DNA of 64,000 nucleotides from Amoebidium appalachense (Eukaryota; Protista; Ichthyosporea): NCBI GenBank assembly GCA_963693365.1, contig CAVNZM010000017.1, positions 1,775,989 to 1,839,988 of the forward strand, read 5' to 3'. Shown piece by piece: positions 1 to 12,580 of this stretch (position 1 is its first letter; each line of letters starts with the position of its first letter). The notes under the pieces were generated by a model. It saw only the letters and a program-made list of their open reading frames with translations, ran no database searches and was not told where the DNA came from. The position numbers and the translations under genes were made by a program.

Positions 1-290
1 CCCCGACCACCCCACTCTCCACCCCCACCCCATCGCACCACGCGCGTTCCCCCTTCACCTACACACAGGATCACATTTGCGCATTCATACACACACACTA
101 TAAACATGTTCATGCGCAAACACAACGCAATTAACAAGCGCGAATACACTTGCCCCCACTCCCGCACACACACACACACACACACACACATACGCACAAA
201 CCCCCCTCCCCCCCCCCCCCCCCCCCCCCCCCTCCTCCACACACACACACACCCAACTCTTCCCCACTCACCTTCACCCCTTCCTCCCCC

Positions 291-335
<45 letters not shown>

Positions 336-552
336 TACAGCCACATACCCGCCCACCACCCATCCCGAGTATCTCCCAACACCTACCGCGCATGCCCACC
401 CTCCCAAGCACACACACACACAACTCTTCCCCACCTCCCCCCCCCCCCCCCCCCCCCCCCCCGGCCCACCCAGCCACCCACACACACACACACACACGTG
501 CACAACTTCCTCCCTCTCACTCCCCGCCCCCCCCCCCCCTCCCCCTCCCCCT

Positions 553-591
<39 letters not shown>

Positions 592-597
592 TTACAG

Positions 598-1281
598 CCA
601 CATACCCGCCCACCCCTCATCCCGAGTATCTCCGAACACCTACCACGCATGCCCATACTCCCAAGTGTCGACCACGACACTGTGCAACAAAACCTCGACA
701 AGGCACTAACTATGGATCCTGAGACCACACCCCCGCTAACACAACTGAGAATGGGTCACCTGACTAGGTGGAAGATGATTAGGAAAATGTATGAAGGATC
801 CCCCTCCCCCCCATTTTTCCCCCATCTCCCAATCCCCCTCCCCCCTCCCCATTCGGAGACCGAACCCCCCCCCCCCCCCCCCCCCACTAACACAACTGAG
901 AATGGGTCACCTGACTGGGTGGAAGATGATTAGGAAAATGTATGAAGGATCCCCCTCCCCCCCCTTTCCCAACCGCCCCCCCCCCCCCCCCCCGTCCGGG
1001 GCCCTTCATTCATACTTCCATGCCCCCCCTCTCCCCCCCCCTCCCCCTCCCCAAAACACACACACACACACATGCACACACACACTCACACACTCACACA
1101 CACACACACACACGCGCACATCCCCCTCTCTGAAAACCTGGAAAGTGAAAGGCTGCATGTTCGATCCTTGCCCGTGTCGATTTTTTCGATGTTTTGTACG
1201 TTGATGTGCTTGTGTGTGTATTTGTATGTGTGCATGTGCCTCTGTTTGTGTCAGTGGATGTGTTTGAAGGTGGATGGGGGG

Positions 1282-1336
<55 letters not shown>

Positions 1337-1512
1337 GGGGGGAACTTTTTTTGGGGGGGGGGGGGGTGGGGGGGGGTCCTTTGGTTGAAATGAAAATCTG
1401 ACACCCTGTTTTTGCACACAGTCACCAGGAGCACTACCGGGCACGAGCACAGTCCTGCCTGCCGGCTTACAGGGCAATACACCGCATGATGAAGGACCAG
1501 CGCAGATTTTAA
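598..1512 (+). CDS. LIN37-like (MuvB/DREAM subunit) gene, last two coding exons; the 5' part lies outside the window or was not recognised
   Basis: Exons 598-788 and 1422-1512 have canonical AG/GT sites, a CTGAC branch point at 1398 and compatible phases. They splice to ...LIPSISEHLPRMPILPSVDHDTVQQNLDKALTMDPETTPPLTQLRMGHLTRWKMIRKIHQEHYRARAQSCLPAYRAIHRMMKDQRRF*. This matches the spacing and length of the LIN37 C-terminal helix as recalled ([34 protein letters not shown]). No search was run. Confidence 0.55.
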
Positions 1513-1639
1513 ATTTTAACGTTAAAAACTTGATCTATATTTAAGATGTTATGAAAGTGCGTGCGCACGGGTGTGCTGTGTGCTGCCTCAACACGGCAAG
1601 GGTGATGCTTTGTTCTGTTTTGTTTTGTTTGTTGTTGGG

Positions 1640-1690
<51 letters not shown>

Positions 1691-1755
1691 GTCCCGCTCT
1701 TTGAAATAGCTGTACATTGACAATGCGAATGTTTGGACTCCCCCCCCCCCCCCCC

Positions 1756-1826
<71 letters not shown>

Positions 1827-2244
1827 TAGATATATCTGTTTGTGGTGAAAGGAGGGTATATATATCTCGTCGGCAGTGCAAGCTTTGTGAGAATTCCTAG
1901 ATATCGGATAGCTACCATTCTATAGTTATTGGTAACGTGCAGTGCCCTTTTTTTTTTTTGAGTTCCACACAGTGTACATATACAGGAAAAACAATTGTGA
2001 AATTGGTGAGATGCTACTAGTTTGTTGCCTATTATGCATGGTAGCTTCGAAGGTTGTACGGACGAGTTGTGGTTAACAGCTAAGTTGATAAATTTTATTA
2101 CCGTTTAAGGTAATGATTGAATTATTATGTCCGATACGCTTGGTTTGTGGTGTAGAATAAAGATTCAGTACCTCGCAGCCCGGGGCAACTCGTGAGAAAT
2201 GATTGAACTAGTGCGCTTGGCGATCTACCATAGAAATTTCACTT

Positions 2245-2305
2245 TAACCAATGAATCACGCGCGATCTGACTGGTTGGCCAAATATTGAGATTTGGGCGG
2301 GAAGT
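2245..2305. promoter_or_regulatory. Putative promoter-like motif cluster (CCAAT box plus E2F-like GGCGGGAA)
   Basis: CCAAT at 2248, CGCGCG near 2259 and GGCGGGAA at 2296-2303, in a microsatellite-free stretch. No downstream gene was identified. Confidence 0.25.
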
Positions 2306-2314
2306 TTTGGCACG

Positions 2315-2350
<36 letters not shown>

Positions 2351-3434
2351 TTTTATTTATTATCAGCTACCTTCTGAGGTAGCTCTTATCAAAGTTTTCA
2401 CTTGTGAAGGGCTGCGGACGTCCGGATCTGGAGAGCGGCTGATCATGTGACTCACAGCTACGTATACCCTTCTCAGTCAGCGTCGATTTAGTAGTCTCCA
2501 AGGCTATGTACCTGCTGGCTTACGTAAGTGGCCGGGCCCGGCCTTACTACGCTGCGGTCGCCTGCGGCAACAAAAAAAAAAAAAAAAACACACAGGGAGA
2601 CAGCACACAGTCAGAGTGACTATCGATTTAGTCGATTTATGTTTACAGGGTGCGCACAGTCAGGACGCAGTGCAAGATTTAAGTGTTTTGCGAGTTAAGA
2701 GTGTTGCACTTATTATTACGCGGACTTTTTGAAGCTAAATTGCCAAACTGGCACAATATGAGACAACCACCGCCTTACTCTATTGAACACTGATAACCTC
2801 CCTATCGTGCCGGGGGCGCGGGGGGGGGGGAGGGGGGGGGGGGGGGGGGGGGGGGGGCACAAAGAACTGGAACCTTTTTTTTTCCATAAATTTGTGTATG
2901 ACAAATTGCACATGTGCGCCCGGTTACCAAAAGATCAACGTTCATGTACTACGTCCTGGTGGTAGTGTTTGTTTAGCCTTTATCCCACTGGCCAGTCGTA
3001 GCAATTTCGTAACCCAAAGAGAGGGGGGGGGAGGGAGGGGGGAGAGAGAGAGAGGGAGAGAAGAGAGAGGGGGGAGGGGTGGGGAGGGGGGGGGGGGGGG
3101 GGGGGGGGAGGGGGGAGGGGGAGGGGAGGGGGGGGGGGGGGGTGCAATGGATAACCGCGAGGAACATTTAAAAGGGAAAGGAGGATCTGGAAAACTGGGT
3201 GGTCGAAAAGAAGAGAGGGAGAGAACTAATTAGGCAACGAGATGCAACAGTAGTTTGGTGCACGTATTCGTTCTTTATCGTGAATACTAATGATCAAAAT
3301 AAGAAACTTCGAATATAGCAAATATAGAAATGGTACCCCATCCCCCCCCCTCCCCCCCCCCCCCCCCATCCCCCCCTTCCCACCCCCACCCCCTCCGCAA
3401 ACACGCGCGTGCACACATGCACACGCGCGCGCAC

Positions 3435-3514
<80 letters not shown>

Positions 3515-4210
3515 CACAATGGTCAGCCCATGGTCACGTGCACAGATGCATCATTTTCTTCCTTGTGTATCCTGGTGGTTTGTGGTTTATCATCGAAATA
3601 CGACCTCTTGAAACCCTTATTCCCTCGGAATCCCCCCCCCCCCCCCCCCCCCCCCTCCCCCCCCACACCCCACCCCGCCCCGCTCACCCCCTCCCCCCCT
3701 CCCCACACACACACAGACACACAAGCACACACACATACACACACACACAGACACACGAACACACAGCCTACAAGCGTTCAATGAACCTGCCATAGCATCG
3801 CCCATTGGCAGTGACAGATTTCGACTAGTACAAAACCATCCCAGCCCATTCACCCTCGGCTACATTATATTCAAAGTTTCCTAAAAAGGAAATGTTGGGC
3901 TTGGGAATGTTTAGGGAATAGTTGATGAAAGTTAAGACATAGATTTTGTTTTTGAGGCGAAAAAACCTGTTGATTTCCTTTCATTAATACTCTTATTCTC
4001 ATAAAGTCAAAGCTGTGATATCGGATAGGTTCAAACTCTCCTATGTTAGCGCCCTCCCCTCTCGGTGCTGTTTTTTCAAACTAGAAGTTAGAATAAACAC
4101 TGCTGGGCTTTGAACTCATATTCCTACTTTTTTTTATTTTTTTTCTTTTTTTTAATTTAAAAAAAACTATTTTCTGGGGGCGCAAAAACTTCCCCTCCAA
4201 ACTTCAAAAT

Positions 4211-4326
4211 ATGGCTTATTCCTACTTTTTTGTTTGTTTTGTAAAATTATGCCACTGTGAAGAGTCTTCGTCTTCGTTTGCGTTTCAGTGTGCGAGTGTA
4301 TCTGCATGTACGTACGTTCAGGTCTT

Positions 4327-4419
<93 letters not shown>

Positions 4420-4646
4420 TACTGCGACATGTGTGTAGGTGTGTGCAAACTTGTGGGTGTGGGTGTGGGTGTGGGTGTGTGGGCCGGGTGTGTGTGTGTG
4501 TTTGTGTGTGTTTGTGAGTGTGTCATTATATCATGGCACCCCCTATTCCTGCTTTCTTTTTGTTTTATAAAGTATACTCTCACTGTGAAGAGCCTTCGTC
4601 TTCGTTTGCCGTTTGAGTGTATGAGTGTATCTGCATGTCCGTAAGT

Positions 4647-4677
<31 letters not shown>

Positions 4678-4679
4678 CC

Positions 4680-4722
<43 letters not shown>

Positions 4723-4860
4723 ATACTGCGACGTGTGTGTGTAGGTGTGTACAAACTTGTGGGTGTGGGTGTGGGAGGTGGGTGTCACGTGTGCATGGAT
4801 GGGTGGGTGGACAGAGGGGTGTGTATGTGTTTGTGGATGTGTGTGTGTATTTGTACGTGT
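4211..4860. repeat. Degenerate tandem duplication, ~325 bp unit x2, containing (GT)n
   Basis: cactgtgaagag..ttcgtcttcgtttg..gagtgtatctgcatgt..caggtct occurs near 4253 and 4581; tactgcgac..gtaggtgtg..caaacttgtgggtgtgggt occurs near 4420 and 4724. Confidence 0.8.
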
Positions 4861-5484
4861 GACTTTATATATCATCACACCCCCATCCACCCAGTTAGGG
4901 GGTTGGGGGCAAACCCCCCCCCCCCCCTCTCCCCCCCTCCCCCCTTCCCCCTCCCCACTACCACCACCACCACCATGGCCACCACCACCACCACCCACCT
5001 ATGTAGCTCCTCTCCCTGCCCCCTCTTTTCTTTCACATGGAAAATAGCCCAGCAAGACGTTGCCTAGTTCGTTCGTTACCGTGTTCACACAGAAACACTT
5101 GTATCATGTTTTTTAGTTCTTACTTTTTTACTTTCGGCATAGCCCTCGACCTATATGCCCATGCATGTCCCCCCTTCTCCACAAAGCAACTATAGTTGAT
5201 ACCACGTTTGCTCCATACATCGGGACACTATCTATCTGTCCGTTCTGCATTCATGCCAGGTAGACGTGTTCGAGTGTTGTCCTTCCCAACGTAGCTTTTT
5301 CCTCTTCTATGTGTGGCTAGCTAACTATAGTTACTTTGAAGTACATATACAAGACATCCCCCTTCTCTTATTACTCGAGTTGCTTTATAACAACTACCTA
5401 ATAGTAGAGCCTACTAGGAGCATCGATATCACCACGTGAGAAAACACGGATGTCATCTCCCCGCAAGTTGACGAGCTCTAATAC

Positions 5485-5868
5485 TTAATAATTAAATCTC
5501 CTACAGCAATCATTGACGCAATTTTGAGTTCTAATATAATCCTCCACTAAGCCGTTCTCGGGCCTCTGGTTGGCCAAGCAGTCGTCGGTGCAGCCTTCCA
5601 TGTCCATGGCCTTTCTCATCTTGTAAAGTCTCGCCTTGGTACCCTTGGCGAAGTAAAACTTGGTCTCATAGTCGTCTTCGTGTTGTTCATCTCTGCAGTC
5701 CGAGTGGCAGTCTATGTAGCTCCTGCCATCACGGTAGTCATTCGATGCGCACATGTCTTGACATTTCATCGCCATGCAGAGCTCTGCGTACTCATTTCTG
5801 GCTTGGATGGGCGGGGCGGGAAGGAGGAGGGCCAGAGCCAGGGGGAGAAGGGACGAAAGGAACTTCAT
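5485..5868 (-). CDS. Small secreted cysteine-rich protein (127 aa, signal peptide, 10 Cys)
   Basis: Intronless, non-repetitive ORF with a good start context (aacaccATG). The N-terminus MKFLSSLLPLALALLLPAPPIQA is a typical signal peptide. Cys at 31, 36, 40, 54, 58, 93, 97, 117, 121 and 122. Confidence 0.85.
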   Translation of the reverse strand: MKFLSSLLPLALALLLPAPPIQARNEYAELCMAMKCQDMCASNDYRDGRSYIDCHSDCRDEQHEDDYETKFYFAKGTKARLYKMRKAMDMEGCTDDCLANQRPENGLVEDYIRTQNCVNDCCRRFNY

Positions 5869-6273
5869 GGTGTTATCGTTGGGTGGCAGAAACTCGGCTT
5901 ACGTACTTGCTATAGGTAGCGTGTTCAAAAATAATTCTTACACCAAATAGGCTTGCACGCCGCACACAAACACTGACATGACTGAAGACAACGTGTGTTT
6001 TTATACTGTGGGTTAAAATTTGGCCCACATGCATACCAATGTGATAAATTGTGGAAGGAGGCGCTGTGCACATTGCACCTCACATTGCACCACATGTGCA
6101 CGCGTGATGGCCACGATATACGCGTGCGTGAAGTAAAGTGTTGTGTGGCTGGTTTTCTCAAGATAAAGTTTACTTTTTATCGCGCTGCAGTGTCAGTCAC
6201 TGTTCCCCTACTGAGTTGTTGGAACTTACACTATGATGTACTACCAGTCTGTGTGGGTGCCCACATGCGCATG

Positions 6274-6311
<38 letters not shown>

Positions 6312-6597
6312 CACGTTTTGTTCCCGGAGGGCCTTTTCAGGCCCTCTAGGGAAACTACCGTCTACCACACAGCACCGACAGTACACTAGTTAAGGTGCTA
6401 TCTATGAGTTCAGCTAAGCTAAACCATCCTTCACAACCTAACTATAAGTACACACTTTGCCCAGGGCTACTACCCCAGCCACGCCGGCAGGAGGCTCCAG
6501 TCCTCCCCTCCATTCAAAACCTAGCAATAAACGTTAACCGAGGGCTCTCATTGGTCGATCTACAGTATTGGGAAGTCCTAGGTGTTGTGTATAATAT

Positions 6598-7600
6598 TTA
6601 CGGTGGGTATGGGTGGATGATGGGGTGTGGTGGTGGTGGTGGTGGGGGGTTGCTGCCTAACATTATGTGTTGGTGTACGTATGTTGTGGCGATGTTTTTG
6701 TGGACTAAAAGGTGGGTTTTACAGGGCACACCGGGTCTGTGGGTGTTCCGGCATTCAGAACAGGCCGGCCGGGTGTGTGTGGGGGGTGTATTTGTTGGTT
6801 TTTTGGGTTTTTGGAGAGCCATACTTTTCTTTCTACGGGTGGTGGGTATATGGTGGTGTTTTTGCATTTTAGGGTGGGTGGGGGGGAGTGTTGTGTTCCG
6901 TGGGTGCCAAATTTTTGAAAAGAAAAAGGATTGCAACTCTACTGTGATTTTTCCTAAGATGGCCCGGGTGGTGGTCTTGGTGGTGCCGGTGGCTGCAAGT
7001 AGTGGGCCCACCGGATCGTGGGCAGAATCCCCGTTCGACCCACTTGGTGTCTTCGGGGTCAGGTGGGTCACCGTTGCCTCCTATCCAGTTTATCCATGCA
7101 CATTGGTCTACCACCGTGGCTGCCGTATGGTGGTGCTGTGCCGTGGGGGTGTTTGGATGACGAGTGTGCAGGACGTTGTGGATGCAGGCTGTAATGGCGG
7201 TGGTCAGGGTGGGGACTTCCCCGGCATGGGCCGGGCAGGCCCAGAGGTGGGTGGTGGTCTCAGGGTGCTGGCTGCACCGGGGGCATGTGGGCTGTGTAAC
7301 GACGGTGGGGTGATCTCGGTGTAGCCGTGCCATGGTAGGCAGGGTGCCCATGGCCAGGGACAGGCTACGAGTGTTTCCTCTGACTGCCCCGATGGTTGCC
7401 TGTGTGGGCCCCTTGTTGAGCTTGAGGGGGTTCCGTTCGGCTGGGAGCAGTCTGGGGTCGGCTAGTATGGACATAGCCTTGGTCTTGCCGGCCATGTCGG
7501 TGAGGAAGTCCTTGTTCAACCGGTTCAGTGTACCGGGCGGGGATACGGTGGCCTTGTAGTCGTAGGAAGTATTTCCCCCCCCCCGGGGCCGGAGGTAGGG
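6598..7600 (-). CDS. LINE C-terminal region with zinc finger
   Basis: LPTMARL...CPRCSQHPETTTHLWACP (C-x2-C-x8-H-x3-C), followed after a frameshift by an IWHPRN motif typical of the LINE ORF2 C-terminus. Confidence 0.8.
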
Positions 7601-7624
7601 GGGGGGGGAGGGGGAGGACTCTTC

Positions 7625-8070
7625 CTGCATTGGCTGCCTTGTCTGCCTCGTTATTCCGTTGACCGTACCGTTTGGTGTTGGATTGGTGCCCCTTCACCCA
7701 CGATACCTGTACAGAGCCTGGTTGCCGGAGAGAGAGTTGGTCTCGTACGTGAGCCCATTCCACTATGTGGGGGAACTTTAGCTTGCGTCGAGGGGGTGTG
7801 GTGGGGTCTATATTTGCCGTCCATCGGTCGACTACTCCGAGGTTATCGAGCTTGATGTGGATGGGGGTGGTGGTGGGGGTGAGCAGGAGGGCTAGTAGTA
7901 CCCCTGTGAGTTCGGCTTGGGTGGATGATAGGGCCGTATGGAGCCTGGTCTTGGCCGTCACTGGAGGTGCTTTCCGGTCCGGGGTGTCCAGTACCGCCCC
8001 GGCTCCGGCCTGGGCTATCCTCCTGCCCGGGTGGATGAGGCTGCCGTCCGTATAAACGGTGATCGGTTGG
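7625..8070 (-). CDS. LINE ribonuclease H domain
   Basis: VYTDGS...SSTQAEL...KLDN...WVKGH...NNEADKAA. All catalytic D/E/D/D residues and the His are present. Confidence 0.92.
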
Positions 8071-9329
8071 TCTGGGGGGATCAGGGTGATTTGCTGCTGC
8101 CACTCGTCATAGGTGGCCTGGGGCACCAAGTCGGTGTAGGTGAGCCTACGGGGAGTGGGTGGGCTCGGCAGGTCAGCCGGGTGGGCCGTGCACTTGTGTC
8201 CTGGTGGTGACCCTACCGGTGGTGGCTGCTGGGGGGGGTGGGCCGGGGAGGTCCCCCGGTAAGGGTGTGGCTTCCTCGTTGGCTTGCAGGTGGAGCATCT
8301 GGGGTGATGCCTGTTGGTGGGGGGGAAGATGCCGCCGGAAATGGTGTATCTTCCTCCACTGCTCGGCCGGATCGGAGCCATCCTTCAGTGCGATGACTTG
8401 GTAGATGTCGATACTGTCGGTGTTGATGAAGTCCTTGTGGTACTTCGGGACTACCATGTGGGTGGTGATTCGGGTCTTGAAGGCCACGTAGGGGTCTGCC
8501 CGTATCACCTCCACAGCACGGGTCCACCCCACACACTGCTTGTTGTGGGTGTGATTATCGGCTGGGGGCTCAGGGGGCTCGTATTTGCTGTTGGTGCTGT
8601 CGGTGTTAGAGTCCTCTGAGTCGTCGGAGTCGTCGCTGGGCCCCGTCGACTCCGATTCTGGCTCCGTGTCTAACCCTTCCCCCTCTCCGTCTGCGTACCC
8701 GGGGTTGGGGGAGAGGGTGGCCGGGGTGTAGGCTAGGTTCCATGGGGAGTGGCCGTATTTGCAGTCACCAGGGCAAAAGCGGAAATGGGCTGTTCCATGT
8801 GGGTCGTTCCACGTGGGTCGGTGCCATCTCAGCCCCTCCTCCTCTGTGTTGTCCCGTAGATGGGCTATTTTGACCCAAGCCTCCCCGTTGTGGGTGGTGT
8901 GGGCCACCACCTGGCTGAGTTCGTATTGCCCGTTCTTGACTATTTCCACCACGAATGCACCGACGGGGTGGTTTGGCACGAGGTCAATGGTGTGGTGGGT
9001 GTGTGGTCTGGGTGCTGGCCGTAGTTTGTCTGCGATGGGGATGGCCCCCTTGATGATGGACCTGTACCACTGTGTAGCTCCCGGGTGTAGTAGGTCTGGG
9101 GGGTGGGGCAGTTCGGGGAACGCCCGGAACACCCCCGGCCGTACCATGGTGTCCTCCACCGTGTAGAGTTGACGGGGGTGTGTGTGGGGGCCGATGTGGG
9201 CCGCAAAGGTGTGGTCCGGGAAAACGGTGTTGATAGGGGTGCTGGTTGTTGTTGCTGCTTCCCCTCCTTCTCCTTGGGGGGAGGGGGGGGTGGGGTGGGG
9301 GTGCTTGTGTTTTTTGGGGAGGGGTTTCC

Positions 9330-10831
9330 CCAATACTCAGGTGCCGCTCGTGAAGGATCCCCGTGATATGGGCCCAATAGTTGTGGAGCTGCTTTCCCCC
9401 TAGCCTGTAAAGTATGGCTGGGGGTGCTTGCAGGGGTGGGTAGGGTAGGCCTGTCACGTGTTGCTGCTGCCAGGCTCGGTACCGGACCACGTCCCCTGCT
9501 GGTCCTGGTGTTTCCAGCAGGGCACACAGCTCCGTAACCATGGTGCTGGCTGCTGATTCGACGATGCTGGCCAGTCCCCCTAGAGTGGGATGGTGTAGCA
9601 GCCCGGACGGGGTGCTCCGGTGGAAACCACACTTCCGACGGAGTAGGTCTCTCCACTTGCTGTCGATTGCCTGCATGGTGGTGTTGCTGATGACTGACCC
9701 TTTGAGGAGGAAGAGGATGGCCGGGGCCACCACACTGTTGGCTACGTAGATCACTTGGCTGGGTGCCAGCATTTTACGGGCTAGTATGGTGGTGGCCCGT
9801 AATGTCAGCTGCATGGCCTTCCCATCGTTGGGCCGGGTGTGTCGTTGGAGGGTGATGTTGACCCCTAGCACTCTGATGTTTGCATCGGGGAGCTCGATCT
9901 GAATGGGTAGGGGTGGTGCTCCCGGGGATTTGCGGTACTGCATGGGGGCCACTGTTGCCCGTGTTGGGGTACCACGGGCGAGGACTGAAAACTTGTCTGG
10001 GTGTGGTTCCAAGTCATGGTAATAAAAAAAGGGGGCAGATAAATCGAGAGTTTGCTGGATGCTCTCCTTGTTGGGGCCAAACCATGTTGTGTCGTCGGCG
10101 AAGGCTACAGACGTCACACACGGGGGTGTTTGTGCCGGTGTGTGGTGCTGTGTCTGTGGGGGTAGGTGGAAAGTGTACCCCTTGCCGTGCCTTTTGATGG
10201 CTGTTAAAACTGGATCGTAGAAAATAATCCACAGAATGGGGGAGAGGACAGCCCCTTGGGCCAGGCCGTTTTCAACAGGGAAAGACTCAGTGTGCCCCTG
10301 GTCTGTGCACACCGTGGCCGTACGACTGTGCCACATGTGCTGGAGGAGGGTGATTAGCTGGGGGTCTGTGCCCAGGCGGGTGAGCCCCAGTTCCACCGAG
10401 GGCCAAGACACCGTGTCATATGCCCTCTTAATGTCCTGTTGGACGATCCATAGTTCCTGGTCGTGGTCTATGGCATCCTCTATCGTCTCTCGGATGATAG
10501 CCAGCGCCCCGTCGATACCCGGGCCCGGCACGAACCCAAAATTCCCCCCCGGGAGGAGGGTGGGGTACTGCCGGAAGATCGAGAGTAGGTGCTGGTTGAT
10601 GACCGATTCTAGCATCTTCCGTGCCGTTTCCAAGAGTGCTATCGGTCGGGTTTTGTCGAAGTCACCTTCCCATTCCCCTTTCGGTAGGGGATGGATGGTG
10701 TGGTGCAGCCATGACCTCGGTGTGGTCCCCGTGGCCAGACATCCGTTGATGATATGTAGGAGCCATGCTAGCCCCTTTGGCCCCAGGTGTTGGAAGTATT
10801 CGTACTGGATTTCCGTTGGGCCGGGGGCCTT
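9330..10831 (-). CDS. LINE reverse transcriptase domain (N-terminally truncated)
   Basis: Motifs KAPGP, PLPKG, RPIALLE, NFGF, QDIKRAYDTV, GLAQGAVLSPILW, FADD (10091-10102) and RVLGV. Confidence 0.95.
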
Positions 10832-11155
10832 CCCACATGCGCATGCATACCAGTGTGATAAAATTGAAATACGGTGACACAGCCGGGAAGAGGGCAGGAC
10901 TGTCCGACTGACTGACTGAGGATGGAGTGGACAGCGCGCCACAACATGCAGAGGGCTTTGGTCCGAGTCAGTTGTTGGTCGGTGCTCTAACCGGACGATG
11001 GATGATGATGAGTGGGAGTGTGGGTGGCTGGGGTGCGGTGTGCTAGAACGTACTCTGGGGCCATATACGTGTTTGTGACAATGGACAGAAAGGGGGGTCG
11101 AGGGGAGTGGAAGGGTGGATTTCGAAGGGTGTTGGTGTCAGTTGGGGGAGGGGGG

Positions 11156-11186
<31 letters not shown>

Positions 11187-12294
11187 AGGGAGGGGAGGGG
11201 GGGGGGGGGGTACCTGGGCACGGTGCATATGTACTGCTGAGTAGATTTCAAAAAAGTTATAAGCCAAGTGCACCTGGCACTCTCCGATACCAAGAACTAG
11301 AATAGCTCAGTAAAATATTACATGGTTACATTTCGGTAAAGTCACCTCATCACATACTAGTAACTTGTCGTTTTACATTTTTCTTCGGTTCCTATTAGAA
11401 CGTGAAGACTTTTGTTCTTAGCATCATCTAGCTACATAATATAACATATGCATACACACCATGCAGGTCACCAAGCATTTTCATCAGAATTTTTACACGA
11501 TCCTCATTCACTTGCAATTTTAGAACAGGGTGAGTTAGCAAAAAACTTTTCATGCATGTATGCTCCTACCTCCTTCCCTTTAAACTTAGCCCTCTCACTC
11601 ATCATTCCCCTTCGCATTGTCCCCTTCCCCGCCATCCACTGTTTCTACTTCCCCATTTCCCCCAACTCCTGCCCTCTCTCCCCGGGACGTCTTCTTTCAC
11701 CCCACGTGCAACCACTTTCATGCCCTCCCCCAACTCGTCTCTTGATCCACCCCTTTCTCCGTCCCCCCCCCCCCCCCCCCCCCCCCTCCCCCAACCTCTG
11801 TCCCTCCTGTTCCACAACCCCCTTTAGCCTAACAATTAAAAATCCGTTTCTGTGCCTTTTTAGTGGGCACACACGTGAGACTGTCTTTTCTATAATATAT
11901 TCCTCTACCGGCCTGAGCACTGAGATCCGCGGACATTTTCCCGGAGGGGACCCCCCATTTCTTCTGCTGACTGCATGTAGTGCTTGCAAACAACTGCCAG
12001 CGGCGGCTCATAACCAGGAATACAATTATATAGCTAACAAAGATCTGCAGCTGTGTGGCGAAGAGCTGACTTGATGTGTGCATGCAATGCGTGCTTGTGG
12101 ATTTACAGCAGTGGCTCAAGTCGACCCCCGAGGACATCAATAATCACAGATGATTGGGTGCCACGGTGTTTGGTGGGGACACGGTGGGTGTACGTGGGTG
12201 TATCATGGATGGGTACCAGTGGGTGGGTTTCCAGCCCGGCCCCTTTAGCAAGAAAACGCCAGATCTAGAGGGAGGGCCAGGGAGGGAGGAAGGG

Positions 12295-12415
<121 letters not shown>

Positions 12416-12426
12416 TTGCGTACATC

Positions 12427-12498
<72 letters not shown>

Positions 12499-12542
12499 CC
12501 TGGCAGTGCATGTGTGTACACGTGTGTGTGTTTGGGTCTCTC

Positions 12543-12580
<38 letters not shown>

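Larger units (their letters stand above)
6276..10831 (-). mobile_element. 5'-truncated non-LTR retrotransposon (LINE) with RT, RNase H and C-terminal Cys/His finger
   Basis: Poly(A) tail is the T33 run at 6276-6308. TSD cccacatgcgcatgca(t) at 6260-6275 and 10832-10847. The coding region starts at the KAPGP motif and runs through frameshifted ORFs 8984-10942, 8173-9333, 7365-8381, 6869-7630 and 6598-7071. Confidence 0.95.

Noticed and set aside
6395-7324. 309-aa plus-strand ORF and other plus-strand ORFs within 7300-10900
   Set aside because: They are antisense shadows of the GC-rich LINE coding strand with no recognisable motifs.
10832-10942. N-terminal ~37 aa of ORF 8984-10942 as the real start of the RT protein
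   Set aside because: It lies in and beyond the TSD, so it is host flanking DNA that happens to be in frame; the element is 5'-truncated.
11830-12270. Possible minus-strand exon following a (CA)n tract
   Set aside because: No recognisable protein motif in any frame and no partner exon found; it may be UTR.
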